This document shows positions 59,540 to 64,000 of a stretch of 64,000 nt of DNA, one piece after another. This stretch comes from Longimicrobiales bacterium (GTDB lineage: Bacteria; Gemmatimonadota; Gemmatimonadetes; Longimicrobiales; Gaopeijiaceae), in assembly GCA_965226375.1 (NCBI GenBank), contig CBDDCX010000008.1, positions 128,001 to 192,000 on the forward strand. Reading direction: 5' to 3'. The notes under the pieces were generated by a model. The model worked only from the letters and a program-made list of their open reading frames with translations. It was not told the origin of the DNA and made no database searches. The translations under genes and the position numbers were made by a program. Each line of letters starts with the position of its first letter. Position 1 is the stretch's first letter.

Positions 59540-59911
59540 GAATGGTGTTCGCTCGAGCGGGGCGTAGAAGAGCAGATGTCTCAGCTCAGGGGTGGACATT
59601 GAGCTCGACCGACCAGTGAATGCATGACTCAACCTCGGAGAGGGAGCCACCGGAGTCTGTAGGGCGTTGTGCGATGCCTCGTGTAATACAATCTCCCACA
59701 TCGAGATGATGTTTGGAGTGCCCGTGGATGTTTGGCCTGAACTGGAAGAGAAACGGAGTGGTCACAAAGGGAAGGGTGGACCCCTGATCGCCTTTTCGTG
59801 AAATTGACGGCCTGACGGGAACCAAGCTTTTTCGGCGACCTGACTACCGGTCGGACGACCCAGGCACTCGGCCCGGGGCGTGTCCGCCGGACCATCCACC
59901 GCGAGGGCGAT

Positions 59912-60856
59912 GTGACGACGAGATGGCTCCCGACCATGGCGCTACTCCTGCTGATTGCGGCCTGTGGCGGGGCGGACGAGCAGGGTGGAGCCACCCTCGC
60001 GGTCAGGGTGGATCGCCCGACCTTCGACTCCTCGCGGGCCTTCCGGGATTTGCAGACGCAGGTGGATTTCGGCCCCCGGGTGCCCGGCACGGACGGCCAC
60101 GCTCGACAGCTCGAGTGGATGGTGGAGCAGCTCGGCTCCCTCGCCGACACGGTGTTCCTGGACGAGTTCGATTACGTCACGACGGCGGGTGACGCCCTCC
60201 GTCTCACCAATGTCATTGCCCGTTTCGGCATGGAAACGGACCGTCGTCTGCTCCTGCTCACTCACTGGGATACGCGGCCGAAGGCGGACCAGAGCCGCGA
60301 CGACGAGGATCGGGAGATGCCGGTTCCGGGCGCCAATGACGGCGCCTCCGGCACCGCGGTTCTCCTCGAGCTGGCACGCATGTTCGCGGAGCAGGGCCCG
60401 CCCGGCGGGGTGGATCTTCTGTTCAGTGACGGGGAGGACTACGGACCCACGACTGCGGACATGTTCCTCGGAGCTGCTCACTATGTGGCCGGCCGGGGTG
60501 CAGACGAACCCCCGGATCTGGCCATACTCCTCGACATGGTAGCCGACGCCGACCCGATGTTCCCCGTAGAAGCCTACTCGCTCGAGGCCGCGCCGCAGCT
60601 TGTGCAGAGGGTTTGGGGCATCGCCGCGGACCTGGGTTATCGGCGCTATTTTCCGTTGGATCAGACGTCCCGCGTGGTGGACGATCATTTGAAGCTCATC
60701 GATGCCGGAATCCCGACTATCAACATCATCGACTTCGACTACGGGTCGGGGAACGCCCTTTGGCATACACCCCGAGACACCCCTGAGAACACGAGCGCGC
60801 AAGCCTTGCTCATGGTTGGGGACGTGGTGGCCGAGTTCGTGTACCGCAACCGCTGA
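59912..60856 (+). CDS. M28 family peptidase / glutaminyl cyclase-like lipoprotein
   Basis: Lipobox IAAC, HWDTRP, GANDGASG, DGED, LDMV, DDH, WHT. Confidence 0.9.
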   Translation: MTTRWLPTMALLLLIAACGGADEQGGATLAVRVDRPTFDSSRAFRDLQTQVDFGPRVPGTDGHARQLEWMVEQLGSLADTVFLDEFDYVTTAGDALRLTNVIARFGMETDRRLLLLTHWDTRPKADQSRDDEDREMPVPGANDGASGTAVLLELARMFAEQGPPGGVDLLFSDGEDYGPTTADMFLGAAHYVAGRGADEPPDLAILLDMVADADPMFPVEAYSLEAAPQLVQRVWGIAADLGYRRYFPLDQTSRVVDDHLKLIDAGIPTINIIDFDYGSGNALWHTPRDTPENTSAQALLMVGDVVAEFVYRNR

Positions 60857-60891
60857 TCTGTGTCCCGCCGCCTCGTTCCCTGTGGTGATGC

Positions 60892-61887
60892 GTGCAGTCC
60901 AGCATCGGAACCGTGGAGAAGACCGTGAGTGACAATCGCAGAGTGACGGCCGCCGTGGTGCAAGCATCCCCGGTGTTCTTCGACCGAGACGGCACCACCG
61001 AGAGGGTAGCCGAGCTGACCGCTGAGGCTGCGGACGGCGGTGCCGGACTGGTCGTCTTTCCCGAGGCTTACGTGGGCGGCTACCCCTGGGGGCTGGCCTT
61101 CGGGACCGCGGTGGGCGGCCGGAGCGAGGCGGGTCGGCGCGTCTGGCAGCGGTACTGGGAAACGGCGGTGGAAGTGCCGGGTCCCGCCACCGAGCGCATG
61201 GGTGAGGCGGCTCGTGAGGCGGGGGTGTACCTGGTGGTGGGCGTCGTGGAGCGCGACTCCACCTATAGTGGGGGCACCCTGTTCTGCACGCTCCTCTACT
61301 TCGGCCCCGACGGCTCGCTCCTGGGCAAACACAGAAAGCTCAAGCCCACTGCGGCGGAGCGCGTAATCTGGGGTGAGGGAGACGGCAGCACGCTCACCAC
61401 GGTGGACACTCCCTTTGGCCGCGTGGGTGGTCTGATCTGCTGGGAGAACTACATGCCTCTGGCCCGCATGGCCATGTACGGCAAGGGCGTGGAGATCTAC
61501 CTCGCTCCCACCGCCGACTACCGAGGCCGCTGGCAAGCAACGCTCCAGCACATCGCCCTGGAGGGACGCTGCTTCGTGCTCGGGTGCAACCAGTACGTGA
61601 CCCGTGACATGTATCCCGACGACCTCGAGATCGTCGAAGAGCTCGAGACCTGGCCCGAAACGCTGTGCCGCGGCGGTAGCGCCATCTACGATCCGGCCGG
61701 TGAGTGTCTGGCCGGACCGCTCTTCGATACGGAGGGAATTCTCACGGCGGAGCTCGACATGGGGGCCGTGGCAAGAGGGAAATTCGACTTCGACGTGGTC
61801 GGGCACTACGCTCGGCCGGACGTATTCCGCCTCGAGGTGAATGAGCGGGAACAGGCTCCGGTCGTGTACCCCGCGCAGGGGTCGTGA
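60892..61887 (+). CDS. Nitrilase (carbon-nitrogen hydrolase)
   Basis: E-K-C triad: FPEA, HRKLKPT, ICWEN; GHYARPD. Confidence 0.92.
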   Translation: MQSSIGTVEKTVSDNRRVTAAVVQASPVFFDRDGTTERVAELTAEAADGGAGLVVFPEAYVGGYPWGLAFGTAVGGRSEAGRRVWQRYWETAVEVPGPATERMGEAAREAGVYLVVGVVERDSTYSGGTLFCTLLYFGPDGSLLGKHRKLKPTAAERVIWGEGDGSTLTTVDTPFGRVGGLICWENYMPLARMAMYGKGVEIYLAPTADYRGRWQATLQHIALEGRCFVLGCNQYVTRDMYPDDLEIVEELETWPETLCRGGSAIYDPAGECLAGPLFDTEGILTAELDMGAVARGKFDFDVVGHYARPDVFRLEVNEREQAPVVYPAQGS

Positions 61888-62027
61888 GTTATTCTAGAGG
61901 ACATCCGTAGGCTGTAGGTATTGTATTATTATTAGATTTTATATTATTATTATGATTAGGCCGGTGTCTTCGTACATACCGGTCCTTCATCCAAGACGGC
62001 GTCCGAGAGACGTCATGTGAGGGTCCC

Positions 62028-63245
62028 ATGATTCAAGCCAGTGCTTCACAAACCGACATGTACCTGAGTGAGGCTGACCAGTTCAGCGCCCACAACTACA
62101 AGCCCCTCCCGGTCGTTCTGGACCGAGGAGAGGGTGTTTGGGTTTGGGACGTGGATGGAAACCGATATCTCGACATGCTCGCCGCCTATTCGGCTCTGAA
62201 TCAGGGACACCGCCATCCGGAGATCATACGAGCCGCCGAAGAGCAGATGGGCAAGCTGACCCTGACGTCTCGGGCGTTCCACAACGACCAGATGGGTCCG
62301 TTCCTCCGGGAGCTCTGTGAGGCCACCGGATTCGAGAAGGCCCTTCCGATGAACACGGGGGCCGAGGCCGTCGAGACGGCCATCAAGACCGTCCGGAAGT
62401 GGGGCTACCAGGTCAAGGGCGTGGCCGAGGGGAAGGCCGAGATCATCGTCTGCGAGAACAACTTCCACGGGCGCACCACCACCATCGTCGGGTTCTCTTC
62501 GGATGCGCAGTCCAGGGAGGGCTTCGGGCCGTTTACGCCCGGATTCGTGACGGTGCCCTACGGTGACGTCGACGCCTTCGAGGCTGCCATCACCGATAAC
62601 ACGGTCGGCTTCCTCGTGGAGCCTCTGCAGGGCGAAGGCGGGGTCGTCGTGCCGGTGGAGGGATACCTGAGTCGCACCGCCGAGATCTGCCGTGGTCAAG
62701 GGATCGCCTACGTGGCGGACGAGATCCAGACCGGACTCGGTCGTACCGGTCGCTTCATGTGCTGCGACTGGGAGGACGTCCGGCCCGACCTGTTCATCGT
62801 CGGTAAGGCCCTGGGCGGTGGTGTGTACCCGGTGTCGGCCGTCATCGCCGACTCGGAGTTCATGGACGTCTATCGGCCCGGTGATCACGGCTCGACGTTC
62901 GGTGGAAACCCCTTGGGTGCCGCCGTAGGGAGGGCTTCTCTGCGCGTGGTTGTCGAGGAGAATCTCGCGCAACGCTCAGACGAGTTGGGCACCTGGTTCA
63001 TGGATGAGCTTCGCGCTATCGACTCGCCGCACGTCGAGGAAGTGCGCGGCCGTGGTCTCATGATCGGCGTGGTTATCAAGGAGTCGTCGGGCACCGCTCG
63101 ACCGTTCTGCGAGGCCTTGCAGGCCAAACGGATCCTGGCCAAAGAGACCCACCATCAAGTCATCCGGTTCGCGCCGCCTCTCGTCATCGATAAGTCGACG
63201 CTGAAAGAGGCTCTGGTGGATATCAAGGCCGTGCTCACGGACTGA
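62028..63245 (+). CDS. rocD: Ornithine--oxo-acid transaminase
   Basis: AHNYKPLP, LTLTSRAF, MNTGAEAVE, FHGRT, DEIQTGLGRTG, GKALGGG, HGSTFGGNP. Confidence 0.93.
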   Translation: MIQASASQTDMYLSEADQFSAHNYKPLPVVLDRGEGVWVWDVDGNRYLDMLAAYSALNQGHRHPEIIRAAEEQMGKLTLTSRAFHNDQMGPFLRELCEATGFEKALPMNTGAEAVETAIKTVRKWGYQVKGVAEGKAEIIVCENNFHGRTTTIVGFSSDAQSREGFGPFTPGFVTVPYGDVDAFEAAITDNTVGFLVEPLQGEGGVVVPVEGYLSRTAEICRGQGIAYVADEIQTGLGRTGRFMCCDWEDVRPDLFIVGKALGGGVYPVSAVIADSEFMDVYRPGDHGSTFGGNPLGAAVGRASLRVVVEENLAQRSDELGTWFMDELRAIDSPHVEEVRGRGLMIGVVIKESSGTARPFCEALQAKRILAKETHHQVIRFAPPLVIDKSTLKEALVDIKAVLTD

Positions 63246-63259
63246 GTCGGGAGCCGGAC

Positions 63260-64000
63260 ATGTCCGCCTCGAGGGCAGCCGAAGAGCCCGGCGCCGTCCC
63301 GAAAGGGAGGGCGTCGGGCTTTTCTGTCGCCGCGCTTACGGCCGGCGCATTGGCGGTGGTGGGAGTCGTGGCCTGGCAGGCTGTGCCGCCGGGCATTTGG
63401 CATGACGACGGTGCGTATCTCCTCTTGGGCCGGTCGCTCGCCAACGGTGAGGGGCTTCGCTATTCCCTGGTGGCCGGCTCACCGCCGGGGGCCAAGTTCC
63501 CTCCTCTCTATCCCCTCCTGCTTGCGGCACTCTGGAAAGTCTCGCCTGCGATGGTGGCCAGGGGATCTCTCGCCGCGTTCATGAACCTTCTCTTCGTGAT
63601 CGTAGGCGGCGGCGTGTTCGTGTCCTATCTGCGGTCACTGGATTTCACGTGGAGGAGCTCGGTCGCCTCGGCGGCCCTCCTTTGGCTCATGCCCGACGTC
63701 TGGCGCTTGTCATTGGTGCCTCTCTCCGAGCCGCTCTTTCTGCTCCTGCTCGTCTTGGCACTGTGGGCGGGGTCCCGCCTGGAGCGAGAACCCACGGGAG
63801 CGACCCTGGTAGTCTTCCTATTGGCCTTCGCCGCCGCGTACCACGTGAGGACGATGGGGGTGGTCCTGGGGGCGGCCGTTCCGGTGGCGCTCGCTCTACG
63901 CAGGCGAGTCCGCTGGGCCGTTTGGACCGGCATCGGCTCGGTCCTGGTCGCAACACCCTGGTTGCTCTGGTCGACTCGCGCTGCGCAAGCGATTCCCGCC
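63260..64000 (+). CDS. GT-C-like multi-pass membrane protein (runs off the right edge)
   Basis: Not in the ORF track. Manual translation gives GIWHDDGAYLLLGRSLA.G.G, KFPPLYP, LSEPLF; same motif order as 38106..39920. Confidence 0.7.
   Translation, partial: MSASRAAEEPGAVPKGRASGFSVAALTAGALAVVGVVAWQAVPPGIWHDDGAYLLLGRSLANGEGLRYSLVAGSPPGAKFPPLYPLLLAALWKVSPAMVARGSLAAFMNLLFVIVGGGVFVSYLRSLDFTWRSSVASAALLWLMPDVWRLSLVPLSEPLFLLLLVLALWAGSRLEREPTGATLVVFLLAFAAAYHVRTMGVVLGAAVPVALALRRRVRWAVWTGIGSVLVATPWLLWSTRAAQAIPA

Overview
High-GC bacterial chromosome window. Gene content and style suggest a Gemmatimonadota-like organism; this is inference only. Housekeeping flanks at 1-12.2 kb and 31-64 kb carry a 2-oxoacid dehydrogenase E1, YyaL, a DedA-CoaE-PHP fusion, NrnA, Fur, SpeB, Cls, CcdA, an ABC transporter, Ggt, MurQ/AnmK, an NrdR-boxed class II RNR, a rhodanese, a ClpB-D2/receiver fusion, a form-II coxSLM-DE-G/mocA/xdhC/sufE cluster, an M28 peptidase, a nitrilase and RocD. 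Between them lies an accessory region at about 12.3-30.9 kb. Its first ~11 kb is a satellite-like integrative element: tyrosine integrase, Xis and Prim-Pol/helicase, bracketed by inverted copies of a geometrically conserved end motif. The element carries a candidate defence module. A restriction-modification controller (C) protein with a recognisable C-box sits upstream of an uncharacterised RNase H/DUF429-like nuclease gene in the slot normally held by the restriction enzyme, divergent from an MmeI-like type IIL/IIG RM gene. The rest of the accessory region is a mosaic of intact enzymes and gene fragments, including an IS 3' end flanked by a 178-bp direct repeat, a PafA/Dop-like remnant and a P4-type integrase remnant. 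No rRNA, tRNA or CRISPR array was seen.
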